DNA of 41,467 nt from positions 1-41,467 of the IMG/VR virus record IMGVR_UViG_3300036798_000159. One strand, given 5' to 3'. The notes under the pieces were generated by a model. It made no database searches, had not been told where the DNA came from, and worked only from the letters and a program-made list of their open reading frames with translations. The translations under genes were made by a program, and so were the position numbers. Below, one piece after another: positions 18,260-27,910 of this stretch. The stretch's first letter is position 1. The number at the start of each line of letters is the position of its first letter. The DNA comes from a virus (lineage: Duplodnaviria; Caudoviricetes).

Positions 18260-18916
18260 ATGGCTTTGGGCCTTCCTGTGGGCGGTGGCGGACACCGCGT
18301 TCCGATCATCAAATATGACGCAAGAGCCGGGCGAATATCGCGGGTGGACCGGACGCAGAATGGCGCCGGTCAATGGGAGTCGAATCCGGTGGAGATAACG
18401 GCCAACTTCCAAGCCGTTATGGACCTGGAGCGGATCGAGCTGGGATGGCTGAATTTCCCCGCCAACGGCGCCCCTGAGATTACCGTGGCGCCCTATGGCC
18501 AACCGCTACCGGGCAAGCCGTCGCTTCAGCACAAGCCGGGCTATCGGATCAATATGCTGCTCGGCAAAGGCTGCGGGGGTGACGTCCGCGAAATGGCCAG
18601 CAATGCGCAGGCCTCCATCAATGGCATGGATGCGCTGCATACCGCCTATCTGGCGGGCGTGAAGTCGAACCCTGGCAAGCTGCCGGTGGTGAAACTGGCG
18701 GGCGCGTCGATGATCGTTTCCAAAGGCAAAGAGGCCAGCTCAACGAATTACGAGCCGGTCTATGAAATCGTCTCCTGGGTCGATCGCCCGGCGAAGCTCT
18801 CGGCGGAGGCGATCGAGGCTTGGCGGACCGGTGCGGATGCACCGGCCAATGAACAGGCGGCGCCAGCGGAGCCGGTGAAACAACCGGCCCTGGCCTCGGT
18901 GGCGGATGATTTTTGA
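18260..18916 (+). CDS. Putative single-stranded DNA-binding protein
   Basis: Precedes the primase; Pro/Ala linker and acidic C-terminal tip ADDF; EIVSWVDRP motif. Confidence 0.6.
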   Translation: MALGLPVGGGGHRVPIIKYDARAGRISRVDRTQNGAGQWESNPVEITANFQAVMDLERIELGWLNFPANGAPEITVAPYGQPLPGKPSLQHKPGYRINMLLGKGCGGDVREMASNAQASINGMDALHTAYLAGVKSNPGKLPVVKLAGASMIVSKGKEASSTNYEPVYEIVSWVDRPAKLSAEAIEAWRTGADAPANEQAAPAEPVKQPALASVADDF

Positions 18917-18954
18917 GGCAATAGCGCCCCTGGCGATGTCGGGGGCGCGCTTTT

Positions 18955-21060
18955 GTGAGGCCTCGCGTGGTGACTGCGCCAACCGACTTCAACGCCGAAT
19001 GGGCCGAAGGCTGGGAATGGGCGCGAGAGTATCGCGGCCTGGGCCTCCAGGTGGTGCCTGCGCATACCCCGCACGCTGGCCAGTGGAAGCGCCCGGCGGT
19101 TGAGGCCTGGGTGGAGTTTCAAAAAAACCTCGTGCCTGAGAGCCTGTTCGCGCGCTGGTACGATCCCAAAACCGGAGAGCATCGCAACCGCCGCAATATG
19201 GGGCTGATCACCGGCGCGGTGAGTGGCGGCCTCGTGGTGGTCGATCTGGACACGCAAAAAGAGCTGGGCGCGGAAGCGTGGTGGATCGGGCTTATCGCGG
19301 TGCATGAAAACGGGCTGGAGCCTGAGACGTGGGCGCAGCGGACCGGCGGCGGCGGGCGGCAAGTGTTCTTCCGGGCGCCGGAAGGCTGGACACCGCCAAC
19401 CTTCAAAGCGTCGACTCTCGGGATCGACTGTCGCGGCGAAGGTGGATTCGTGATGGCGCCGCCGTCGATGCATTCCAGCGGGCAGATTTACGATTGGGAA
19501 TTAGGGCGCGAGCCGTGGGCCTGCGAGCTGGTCGCGGCGCCGCCATGGCTGATCGCGGCGCTGGAAAAGCTGCGCCTGGAGCACGGCGGCGGACCAACGG
19601 GTCCGCACGAGCGGACGGAGAGCGACGCGCCGAAAGGGCCGTTTGGTCACGACATTGACGATCGCGAGCATAAGCTTGCCGCCGTGGTGTGGGCGGCGGT
19701 GGTGGACCTTTATCGGGAAAGCCCGATCCCGCCGCCTACGGTGGCGCAGGACGCCGAAGTCGAGCGGATTTGGACACAGTATGAGGCGACGACGCGAAGC
19801 CGCTTAGAGCGCGTCCCTGGCGTGACGAACGCGGAGCTGCTGGAGCGCGAAGGGCGCGGGATCACGCTGCTGCGTCAGAAGTGGTCGTATGCGATGGCGC
19901 GTTGGGAAACGAAGGTCGCGGAGGCGGCCAAAGTCCCAAAGCCTGAGTCGCAAAATTCAACGGCAAGCGAGAGCGCGGATTCGACTCGCGACGACGCTGG
20001 CCTGGGGCCTGACGTTCCGCCAACCGCCAGCCGAAGCGCCTCCAGCTTCAGCGGCCAACCAACACCGCGCCGTTGGCTGGTGGAGGGCTGGATCGCCAAG
20101 GGCGAGGTGAATTCGATGTATGGCGGCGGCGCCACGGGGAAGAGCCTGCTGGCGCTCCAGCTCTGCTATTCATCCGCAATCGGCCTGCCGTGGCTGGGCC
20201 TGGACACGGGCCAAGCGTCCAGCCTGTTCGTGTCCTGCGAGGATGATGACGACGAGCTGCACCGGCGCCACGTCGCGATCAAGAACGGGCTGGGTCATGG
20301 GATCGGGAATCCGTTCGGGGCGGTGAGCCTGTGGGATCGGGTTGGCCATAATAACCTGCTGGCCACCGGCGACGGCAAAGGCGGCTTGGTCGCCGGGCCG
20401 TTCCTGAACCCGTTGAAAGACGAGCTGGCCAAGGTGACGCCGGGCCTGCTGGTGCTGGACACCCTGGCGGACGTCTACGGCGGCAATGAGATTGATCGGG
20501 TGCAGGTGAACAGCTTCTTGAAGACGTGCCTTGGCGGGCTGATCCAGGAGCGCAAACAGGCCTCCCATGAGCTGACAATCCTGCTGCTCGGCCATCCGTC
20601 GAAGTCGTCAATGGCGGACGGGACCGGCTTTAGTGGTTCAACCGCCTGGGAAAACGGCGTGCGCAGCCGACTCTACCTTTCGAGGCCTGAGGACGGCGGA
20701 CCGGATGAGCGGACGCTGGAACGCGGCAAGGCCAACTATGCCGGTGGCGACGACGGCCAACGGGCGCTGATCTGGAGCGACGGGGTATTTGCGGCGCTGG
20801 GCGGCGAGGTTGGACTCTCGCAAATGGCCAACACGGTCCGCAACGAAGTGGCCAGCGCCTGGGCGATGGGGCGGCCTTACGTTGAGAAGCGCGGGCATCC
20901 TCGAAACCTCCATGCGGCGCTTGTTCACAAGCTGACGATCCTGCCGCAACAGCCGCGATCCCTGGTGATCGCAGGCGTGCGAGCGGCGATAGATGAGGGC
21001 GCAATCTATCCGTCAAAGAACACCGCAAAGCGCGGTTGGCGGACGCAGGAGGGAGGGTAA
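18955..21060 (+). CDS. Bifunctional primase-polymerase fused to a RepA-like (AAA_25) helicase
   Basis: NMGLITG..SGGLVVVDLD, RTGGGGRQVFF, GIDCRGEGGFVMAPPS.H.SG..Y; Walker A GGGATGKS, Walker B LLVLDT, GHPSK, SGSTAW; start may be GTG 18970. Confidence 0.9.
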   Translation: MRPRVVTAPTDFNAEWAEGWEWAREYRGLGLQVVPAHTPHAGQWKRPAVEAWVEFQKNLVPESLFARWYDPKTGEHRNRRNMGLITGAVSGGLVVVDLDTQKELGAEAWWIGLIAVHENGLEPETWAQRTGGGGRQVFFRAPEGWTPPTFKASTLGIDCRGEGGFVMAPPSMHSSGQIYDWELGREPWACELVAAPPWLIAALEKLRLEHGGGPTGPHERTESDAPKGPFGHDIDDREHKLAAVVWAAVVDLYRESPIPPPTVAQDAEVERIWTQYEATTRSRLERVPGVTNAELLEREGRGITLLRQKWSYAMARWETKVAEAAKVPKPESQNSTASESADSTRDDAGLGPDVPPTASRSASSFSGQPTPRRWLVEGWIAKGEVNSMYGGGATGKSLLALQLCYSSAIGLPWLGLDTGQASSLFVSCEDDDDELHRRHVAIKNGLGHGIGNPFGAVSLWDRVGHNNLLATGDGKGGLVAGPFLNPLKDELAKVTPGLLVLDTLADVYGGNEIDRVQVNSFLKTCLGGLIQERKQASHELTILLLGHPSKSSMADGTGFSGSTAWENGVRSRLYLSRPEDGGPDERTLERGKANYAGGDDGQRALIWSDGVFAALGGEVGLSQMANTVRNEVASAWAMGRPYVEKRGHPRNLHAALVHKLTILPQQPRSLVIAGVRAAIDEGAIYPSKNTAKRGWRTQEGG

Positions 21061-21240
21061 AGCAGTTGCAAGCGCTTTCGCCGCAACGTCTTGAAACACA
21101 AGGGAAAGCCTGCGCTTTCGCTTTCAACGCTTTAGGGGCAAGCGTTGGACTGCTGAAAGTCAATGTTTTCAATGGGGCGGCCTCGCGTACGCGTAGCGCG
21201 CGCTCTTCGGCCCCCCCCCTAAAGGGGGAGGGGGCCTCAG
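21061..21240. other. Candidate replication origin
   Basis: Intergenic after the primase-helicase; repeated GCGCTTTCGC/AAGCG elements and a CCCCCCC-TAAA-GGGGG hairpin. Confidence 0.4.
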
Positions 21241-21245
21241 GTTAG

Positions 21246-21656
21246 ATGGAATATCTGAGCCCGAAAGCGGATGCGCTCCGTGGGCTTCGCGCATCGTCGC
21301 TTTGCGGGCTCGGTGATACGTCAACGGCGGAGGTGATCATGGTTGAGCTGCAAGCTGGCGCGGTTGAGGTGGAAGGGCGGTTGCTGCTGCTGGTGGATCG
21401 GATGAAGGCGATCCGGCGTGGGATCGTGAAGCGCAAGCGGACCCTGGCCAATAGCCAAGCCTATGTCGCGGCGGCGCGGGTTCCCAGGCCTGCGGACCGG
21501 GCGCGGTGGGCGAAGCTGGCGGGTGAAATCGTGGAGTTTGAGTTCATCCTGGCCAAGCTGGAGCGTGGTGAAGAGGTGGAGCTGTCGCCGCGCACCGGCA
21601 AGGGCTGCGCCACGCTGCCGGATTACCTAGGCCAGCGCGATCGGGAGGACACCTGA
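21246..21656 (+). CDS. Hypothetical protein
   Basis: Up to 136 aa; start uncertain. Confidence 0.5.
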   Translation: MEYLSPKADALRGLRASSLCGLGDTSTAEVIMVELQAGAVEVEGRLLLLVDRMKAIRRGIVKRKRTLANSQAYVAAARVPRPADRARWAKLAGEIVEFEFILAKLERGEEVELSPRTGKGCATLPDYLGQRDREDT

Positions 21657-21658
21657 CC

Positions 21659-22366
21659 ATGGCGCTATCACCGGAAGATTGCGCCATGCTGGCGGCCTAT
21701 TTCGAGGGCGTTGAGGCGGCGCGGAAAGAGGTTGAAGGCAAGTGGGGCGTGGGCCGGGTGGAGCTGCTGGCCGGTGACGATTTGCGGGCGAAGTGGCGTC
21801 GGCAATGCGCAAGCTGGCGGACGGTCTATGCGGCGGCCTGGGAAAGCCAATTCCTGACGCGGGATCAGCTCCAGGCGGTGCAGGACAAGGCGGCGGCGAT
21901 GCAGCGGGGCTATGTGGCGCTGGATGCGGCGGCGGAGGAAGCCGGACACCGGCCGATTGCGCCGTGGGTGTGGGAGGTGCTGCTGTCGGGGGGTGAGGTG
22001 GCGGCGATCGTCCAGACGAATGCGGAGGCGGGCAAGGTGATCGCTGACGGGCGGTATCTTGTGGTTTACACGTTGGCCGAAGTGGGCGCGGTCATTGCGG
22101 CTTTGCCGGACGCGCTGGCCCTGGCGAAACAGACGTTTCCGGGCGCCCGGTTCCAGGTTCCACGGTTCTCCAGCGCGATTGAGGATCAGCTCGGCGCCGG
22201 ACCCTGGCGGCCTGAGGGCGACGAAATCCCGTTCGGTGATCCGATAGGCCGCGAATTGCAGGCCGCACCCGCTCTGCCGCCAAGTGGCGGCCTCGCGAGT
22301 GGCCGCGAGCTGCAAGCCTTGGTCACGGCGCGGACAATGCCGGTGGAGGCTGAGACGTGGGATTAA
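21659..22366 (+). CDS. Hypothetical phage protein
   Basis: KWGVGRVELL...LRAKW, RGY.ALD..A..AGH.P; GGAGG RBS. Confidence 0.7.
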   Translation: MALSPEDCAMLAAYFEGVEAARKEVEGKWGVGRVELLAGDDLRAKWRRQCASWRTVYAAAWESQFLTRDQLQAVQDKAAAMQRGYVALDAAAEEAGHRPIAPWVWEVLLSGGEVAAIVQTNAEAGKVIADGRYLVVYTLAEVGAVIAALPDALALAKQTFPGARFQVPRFSSAIEDQLGAGPWRPEGDEIPFGDPIGRELQAAPALPPSGGLASGRELQALVTARTMPVEAETWD

Positions 22367-22878
22367 GCTCAACCTTAGGCCAAACCTGGAATGACGATCT
22401 TGTGGCGCAACTGCGCAGCCTGTGGGCGACCGGCCTGCCACGGTCGCAGATTGCGGCGCAGCTCGGGTTGACGGCGGGCATGGTGGCGGGGAAGCGGCAT
22501 AGTCTTGGCCTGCCACCGCGCACCGGCGAGGCGCGGCTGGCGGCGGAGGCGGCGAACGGTCGGCGCTCGGCAAGGCTGTGCGGGTTCGTCGGGCGGACGC
22601 TGAATCCGAAGTTTGAGCTGGAGGCGCCCGCTGCGCCGCTGGCTGGATCAACGCCTAGACCGTGGGAGCAACGCAACTTCGGGGAATGCGCCTTCCCGGT
22701 GGCGGGCTGGGGCGCGGAAACCTTGAGCTGCTGCCTGCCGACACTGGAAGTCGGGCCGTATTGCGAAGGCCACCGGGCGATCGTGGCGGGGCGCCCCTGG
22801 CCTCCCGTCGAGCCCTGCGGGCTCTCCGGGGGCCTCAATCTCGCCTCGCTCGATTTGCCACCTCAAGACGGGCCTTGA
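22357..22878 (+). CDS. gcrA: GcrA-family transcriptional regulator
   Basis: WNDDLVAQLRSLWATGLPRSQIAAQLG.T...VAGKRHSLGL; C-terminal ECAFPV...CC...PYCEGH. Confidence 0.85.
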   Translation: MGLSSTLGQTWNDDLVAQLRSLWATGLPRSQIAAQLGLTAGMVAGKRHSLGLPPRTGEARLAAEAANGRRSARLCGFVGRTLNPKFELEAPAAPLAGSTPRPWEQRNFGECAFPVAGWGAETLSCCLPTLEVGPYCEGHRAIVAGRPWPPVEPCGLSGGLNLASLDLPPQDGP

Positions 22879-22897
22879 CGGGCAATCTGATCACTCG
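22875..22897 (+). promoter_or_regulatory. Putative late promoter TTGACG-N7-TGATCACTCG
   Basis: Upstream of the terminase operon. Confidence 0.6.
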
Positions 22898-22937
22898 GAC
22901 CCGATGAGCTGCGCGCCAGCTTTCGGAGTCTCCGGCC

Positions 22938-23126
22938 ATGTCCAACGGCAATCTGAACCGCGATCCGATTATCCAGGATTCGCCGGGGACGGCGGGCGGC
23001 ACGCCAAAGCGTTCGGACACGCTGAACGGTAAGCCGAAGACGACTTCGGCGGGATCGGCGGGGCCGAATTTCACGAAAAAGGATGATCCGAAACAGGGTC
23101 TTCCCTGTCCGAATTCACCTTACTAG
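22938..23126 (+). CDS. Small hypothetical protein
   Basis: 62 aa; GGAG RBS. Confidence 0.5.
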   Translation: MSNGNLNRDPIIQDSPGTAGGTPKRSDTLNGKPKTTSAGSAGPNFTKKDDPKQGLPCPNSPY

Positions 23127-23585
23127 GTGGCGCCTATGGTGGCGGTTGGCGTCACGGTTTGGGACGATGATCTGGCGGCGGAGATTATCGAGGTCGCCGC
23201 GATTTCGCCCCGGTCCATGGGTTGGCTGGTGGCGCACAATCCGCACTGGCCCTGTCTCGCGACAATCTACAATTGGAAGACGGTCAACGCGGAATTTCGC
23301 AACGCGCTGAATTCGGCCCGGCGGCTGCTGGCGGATGAGCTGGCGTTCCAGATTCTGGATATCGGCGACGACGGGTCGGCGGACGTCCAGGTGATTGAGC
23401 GGAAGGATGGATCAACCTTCACGCTGCTGGTGCAAGAGGTGGTGAACCGCTCCAAGCTGAAGTGTGAAAACCGCAAGTGGCTGGCGGGCAAGCTGGCGCC
23501 GGAGGTTTACGGGGAGCGGATTGAGGCCAGCTTACGGGTTGGCCAGATGCTGACGCAGGAAGAAGCCCTAGAGCAGCTCCGATGA
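23127..23585 (+). CDS. terS: Terminase small subunit
   Basis: P..ATIYNW....EF......AR...ADE....I.DD...V.RSKL....RKW.AGKLAP..YGER. Confidence 0.85.
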   Translation: MAPMVAVGVTVWDDDLAAEIIEVAAISPRSMGWLVAHNPHWPCLATIYNWKTVNAEFRNALNSARRLLADELAFQILDIGDDGSADVQVIERKDGSTFTLLVQEVVNRSKLKCENRKWLAGKLAPEVYGERIEASLRVGQMLTQEEALEQLR

Positions 23586-23702
23586 TGGGGGCTCATTCGG
23601 AGTCTGCTTCATTCGCTCCGGCGGCTTCACTCGGCTTCGCCTCGTGGTTCGCCTGCGCGATTGAGCAATTGCGGTGACGGTGTGCCTGTCTCCGCGCGTC
23701 GC

Positions 23703-25268
23703 ATGTCTGACGAAGAAGAGGCGATCCGCCAGCGGTATAAGGATGATCGCCGCTGGTTCGCGGAGCGCTGCTTAAAAATCCGCACGAAGTCCGGCGAGCT
23801 GATGCCGCTGATCTTCAACGGTGTGCAGAGCTACATTGACCAGAAACTTGATGAGCAAGCGAGAAGCTTAGGTAAGGTTCGGGCTCTCGTTCTCAAGGCG
23901 AGGCAAGAAGGCCTATCAACTTACATAGGTTGCCGATTCTATCACCGGGCTATTCATCAGCGCGGGTGTCAGGTGTTTATTCTGACGCATGAGCAAGACG
24001 CCACGAATAACTTGTTCGGGATGGTCGATCGCTTCCACAAGCATAATAAGGTTGGGATCGGCCCGCGTACCGGCGCGGCGAATGCTAAAGAGCTGTTCTT
24101 CCCTGGCCTGGATAGCGGCTATTCGGTTGGTACGGCGGGGTCCAAGGCGGTCGGGCGGTCGAAAACGGTGCAGCTCTTCCACGGGAGCGAAGTGGCGTTC
24201 TGGCCCAATGCGGCGGAGCATTTCGCGGGCGTGCTCCAGACGGTGCCGGACCTGGACGGAACGGAAATCGTTCTGGAGTCCACGGCGAACGGGATTGGCG
24301 GGGAGTTTCACGAGCGCTGGCAACAAGCGGAGGCGGGCGACGGGGAATATTTGCCGCTGTTCGTCCCGTGGTTCTGGAGCGCGGACTATCAGCGGGCGCA
24401 GCCGGTTGGTTTCGAGCTGAACGATGAGGAAGAGGATTACGCGCGGTCGTATGGCCTGAGCGTCGAACAAATGGTGTGGCGGCGCGTCAAGCTGGCGGAG
24501 CTGAAAGACCCGAACCTGTTCCGGCAAGAATACCCGGCGACGGCGGCGGAGGCGTTCCAGGCCACGGGCCACGATGCGTTCATTGCAAGTCAACTCGTCC
24601 TGCAAGCGCGCAAGCGCAATTGTGAGGCGTTCGGAAGTCTGATCGTGGGAGTCGATCCGGCGCGGTTCGGCGATGACGGGTTCGCGGTGGCGTGGCGCCA
24701 AGGGCGCAAGGTGCTGAAGGTTGAGCGGCGGCACAAGCTGGACACGATCCAGGGCGCGAATTGGGTTCGGACGATCATTGATCGGGATAGCCCGGCGCGG
24801 GTGTTCATCGACGTGGGCGGCGCGGGCGCCGGTGTGGTCGATGTGCTCCAGGATTTCGGGGAGCCGTATGCGAAGTTGAGTGAAGGCGTGAACTTCGGCG
24901 GGGCGCCGCAGGAACCGACAACGGTGGGGGCGCGCGGTGAAATCATCCCCGGCCCGCGTAATCGGCGGGCGGAAATGTGGATGCGCTCGAAAGACTGGCT
25001 GACGGATGAGGGCGGCGCGGATTTGCCGGATGATGATGCGTTGCACGCGGACGCGGTGGCGCCCGGCTATCGTTATGATGCGAGGCAATTTTTGGTCCTT
25101 GAATCCAAGGAAGATATTCGCAAGCGCGGCCTGCGATCGCCGGACGGTTGGGATGCGGTGGCGCTGACGTTCGCGGCGCCGGTGCGGTCACGCGAAAGCG
25201 CCCCCAACGGGGGACGCTGGGGGCGCTGGAAAGGCTTAGGGCAAAGCCGGAGCCTATGGGGGGCTTAA
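23703..25268 (+). CDS. terL: Terminase large subunit
   Basis: LKARQEGLST, FHGSEVAFW, ESTANG, FRQEYP, VGVDPARFGDD, RSPDGWDA. Confidence 0.95.
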   Translation: MSDEEEAIRQRYKDDRRWFAERCLKIRTKSGELMPLIFNGVQSYIDQKLDEQARSLGKVRALVLKARQEGLSTYIGCRFYHRAIHQRGCQVFILTHEQDATNNLFGMVDRFHKHNKVGIGPRTGAANAKELFFPGLDSGYSVGTAGSKAVGRSKTVQLFHGSEVAFWPNAAEHFAGVLQTVPDLDGTEIVLESTANGIGGEFHERWQQAEAGDGEYLPLFVPWFWSADYQRAQPVGFELNDEEEDYARSYGLSVEQMVWRRVKLAELKDPNLFRQEYPATAAEAFQATGHDAFIASQLVLQARKRNCEAFGSLIVGVDPARFGDDGFAVAWRQGRKVLKVERRHKLDTIQGANWVRTIIDRDSPARVFIDVGGAGAGVVDVLQDFGEPYAKLSEGVNFGGAPQEPTTVGARGEIIPGPRNRRAEMWMRSKDWLTDEGGADLPDDDALHADAVAPGYRYDARQFLVLESKEDIRKRGLRSPDGWDAVALTFAAPVRSRESAPNGGRWGRWKGLGQSRSLWGA

Positions 25269-25437
25269 TCCCGCCATGGGCTGTTCGCGGTGGTCGGACG
25301 GATCACGATGGCGCGGATTTCTTTCGCCAACATGCGAAAGCATTCGGCGCCTTCAGGATCGCCGCAACTTTGGCGCTCGCGCGCCCAATCCATTGCGGCT
25401 TTGGCGGCTTCGCGGCGGACGGCGCTTGCGGTTTTCA

Positions 25438-25722
25438 TTAGCCGCGCCTCCGGGTTCTGGCGGCCTGCGGAGGCTCAGGGCTGGCCTCCAGCCTATCGGC
25501 GGCTACTTGGGTAGCTGGAGTCGGTTGAGCGGCCTCCAGGGCGCTGAATTTCAACATCAGGCGGACGGCGACGGATACCGGACCGGGGATCGGGTGGCGT
25601 TCGGTTTCCCAAGTCCAGACGTTGCGGCCTGGGTCGCGGCCTCCAAGCTCCAGGGCGCGGCCTAGGTCGGCGGCGGTGAGGTTCAGCCGCGCGCGGGCGG
25701 CGATCAGTTCGGCGGCGGTCAT
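25438..25722 (-). CDS. XRE HTH protein
   Basis: MTAAELIAARARLNLTAADLGRAL...VWTWE...IPGPV. Confidence 0.75.
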   Translation of the reverse strand: MTAAELIAARARLNLTAADLGRALELGGRDPGRNVWTWETERHPIPGPVSVAVRLMLKFSALEAAQPTPATQVAADRLEASPEPPQAARTRRRG

Positions 25723-26003
25723 TGTGTGGGCTCCTGATCTGCGTCGCGGCCAAGGTAATCGAGGTTGAACCACGCGCCGCTGTCGGCCATGCCTTGGATG
25801 CTCATAGGGCCGTCGATTTTGTCGTATTGGACGCGGCTTTCGTTCCAGCGAAACACCGGCGGCTTGTCGCCGGGCGCCATCAGGCGGGCAAACATGGCGG
25901 TGAGCTGGGCGGCGCGCTTGTGGCCTAGCGCGTGGTCGGCGGGTTTGCCTTTGGCATATGGCGGGTCCAGCTCAATCCAGACGCGTTGCATGGTGTCGGT
26001 CAT
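25719..26003 (-). CDS. Hypothetical protein
   Basis: 94 aa; CA motif and RBS upstream. Confidence 0.65.
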   Translation of the reverse strand: MTDTMQRVWIELDPPYAKGKPADHALGHKRAAQLTAMFARLMAPGDKPPVFRWNESRVQYDKIDGPMSIQGMADSGAWFNLDYLGRDADQEPTQ

Positions 26004-26032
26004 AGTCTCGGTTCCTGTGTGTGGGCGGGCGG

Positions 26033-26305
26033 CTAGAGTTTGCCGCTCCAGATATCGAAGGGGATGGGGTCGGTGATCATTTCGCCCGGTCGGGCGCGGC
26101 GGATCAGGTCGGCTTCATGCAAGCGAACCTGTTTCGTCCAGGTGCGCGAACGCTTGCGCCATTTCAGGACCATGACGCGGTAAGGCGTGCGGCCATACAC
26201 GGTGCCGAATTGGGTGTTTTGGGTTCCGAATTTGATCAGGATTTGGTCGCCGCGTTTTAGCTCGGCGAAGACTTCGGCGCGGGTTTCGCGGGGTGTGTCG
26301 GTCAT
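26033..26305 (-). CDS. Hypothetical protein
   Basis: MTDTPRETRAE..., 90 aa; CA motif upstream. Confidence 0.65.
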   Translation of the reverse strand: MTDTPRETRAEVFAELKRGDQILIKFGTQNTQFGTVYGRTPYRVMVLKWRKRSRTWTKQVRLHEADLIRRARPGEMITDPIPFDIWSGKL

Positions 26306-26339
26306 GTGCGGGGTTCCTGCGGTGTGTGTGGGGATTTGA

Positions 26340-26621
26340 TCAGGCGTAGCGGGCGGCAACACCGGCCCAAAGGTTGGCGGCGGGTCCGCCGGGTGGCGGG
26401 CTGTCGGCGGCTGCGGAGGCGGCGGCGAAGGCTACGGCGCGGGCCGTGGGGCCGTTGCGGCTTAGGTGGCGCCAGCCGCCTAGGCCGCGTCGGCTGGCGG
26501 CGCACATAACCTGGACGTGGGCGAAACCGCCGTTGTCGAAAAGGACGTCGTAAGTTTTCTCCTTCTGTTTCACCCGAAAGCGGGTCGTGTGGGTGGCGAT
26601 GACGTGTTGTCCGATCTGCAT
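26340..26621 (-). CDS. Hypothetical protein
   Basis: MQIGQHVIAT..., 93 aa; CA motif upstream. Confidence 0.6.
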   Translation of the reverse strand: MQIGQHVIATHTTRFRVKQKEKTYDVLFDNGGFAHVQVMCAASRRGLGGWRHLSRNGPTARAVAFAAASAAADSPPPGGPAANLWAGVAARYA

Positions 26622-26643
26622 GGGTCTAGCTCCGGTGTGTGGG

Positions 26644-26850
26644 TTAGTAGGTTTCAGCCGGTCCACCCTCTTGGGTGAATAGGTCGATCAGGTCGAAAGC
26701 GTCGGCATATTCAAAGGTGACTTTTTCGGGCGGTCCATAGCTGCCGCCTTGTTCTTCCAGCCGTGCAAGCACGGCTTTACGGGTTTTGGCGCGGACGCTG
26801 TAACAGGGTGCATCGTTCAGGCATGGCGCGACCCAATAGGTTAGCTTCAT
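26644..26850 (-). CDS. Hypothetical protein
   Basis: 68 aa MKLTYWVAPCLND..; CA motif upstream. Confidence 0.65.
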   Translation of the reverse strand: MKLTYWVAPCLNDAPCYSVRAKTRKAVLARLEEQGGSYGPPEKVTFEYADAFDLIDLFTQEGGPAETY

Positions 26851-26881
26851 GGTCTAGGTTCCTTCGGTGTGTGGGTTGGGG

Positions 26882-27217
26882 TTAGGCGACGCAGCGCAGG
26901 AACGCGCCGCGTCCGTGGTTCTTGCCGCCGCAGGCGCATTCGCATTCCATGGCGCGGCCTTTGGCGTTGATGCATCGGACGTCGCAAACGTGGCGCGACG
27001 GGCTGGATTTCAAGCGGACGGTGCGGGTGATCCGGGTCCAGCCGTGTTGCGGGTGATACCCGGCAAGCTTGCCGTCTTCACGGTGGCCAACCTTGGCGGA
27101 AATGGTGCGGCGGCGCGGGTTGCCGAAAAGGTCAACGTCGCCGGTGTGCTCGGTGGTGTCCTTCCACTCTAGGACTGTCCCGTCCTGGAGGTCGGCGTAG
27201 TAGGCGAAGGCGGCCAT
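26882..27217 (-). CDS. Cys-rich putative Zn-binding protein
   Basis: CDVRCINAKG...CECACGGKNHG. Confidence 0.7.
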   Translation of the reverse strand: MAAFAYYADLQDGTVLEWKDTTEHTGDVDLFGNPRRRTISAKVGHREDGKLAGYHPQHGWTRITRTVRLKSSPSRHVCDVRCINAKGRAMECECACGGKNHGRGAFLRCVA

Positions 27218-27442
27218 TCAAGCCGCCTGAATCCAGAACGTGAAGCTGTGCACCTCACTCATGCGGTTGAGGATTTCAGCCTTACGCTTGGCCTCTCCCT
27301 CGCCCATCGTGAAGGCCTCGGCGCGCGGGCCAATCCAGCCCTCGCCACCGCGTCCGGTGTAGTATTGCGGCTCGCCTTGCTTGTTCCAGCCGGTGGTCAA
27401 AACGAAGCGGTCGGCCATAGGCGGAATGTTCAGGGTGGTCAT
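27218..27442 (-). CDS. Hypothetical protein
   Basis: 74 aa; CA motif upstream. Confidence 0.65.
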   Translation of the reverse strand: MTTLNIPPMADRFVLTTGWNKQGEPQYYTGRGGEGWIGPRAEAFTMGEGEAKRKAEILNRMSEVHSFTFWIQAA

Positions 27443-27466
27443 GGGTCGGTGTCCTGTGTGTGTGGG

Positions 27467-27856
27467 TTAGCGGCGAACGCGGTCGGCGCGGAATGCGGTG
27501 TCTGAGGCCTCGGCGGCTTTCAGGATGCGGGTGAAGAGTTCGGCGCGGTAGTCGGTGGCGCGCTTGGCGGTTTCGCCAAAGCCTGCGCCCAACACCTTGG
27601 CCAGCGCCATGCCGTGCGCGAGGCCGGAGGCGCAGGTGAGCGGTTGGCTGGGGCACGTCATGGCGGACACGAAATTCTCAACCATGAGCGCGCGGGTGTA
27701 GATGCCTTCGCCGCGTTGCTTGCGGTCGATGCGATAGGCCTCGTGCCAAAGGTTGAATTCGCTGTGTCCGGTGCGCTCCAGCGCGTAGCTGATCAGGTCG
27801 AAAGCGTCGATGATTACGGCGCGTTCTTTGCGGGTCATGGTGGCGGCGGTGGTCAT
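27467..27856 (-). CDS. Hypothetical protein
   Basis: 129 aa; CA motif upstream. Confidence 0.65.
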   Translation of the reverse strand: MTTAATMTRKERAVIIDAFDLISYALERTGHSEFNLWHEAYRIDRKQRGEGIYTRALMVENFVSAMTCPSQPLTCASGLAHGMALAKVLGAGFGETAKRATDYRAELFTRILKAAEASDTAFRADRVRR

Positions 27857-27910
27857 GGTTCAGGTTCCGTGTGTGTGTGGGTGGCGCGGCTTTCGCCGCG
27901 CCGTTGGCGT

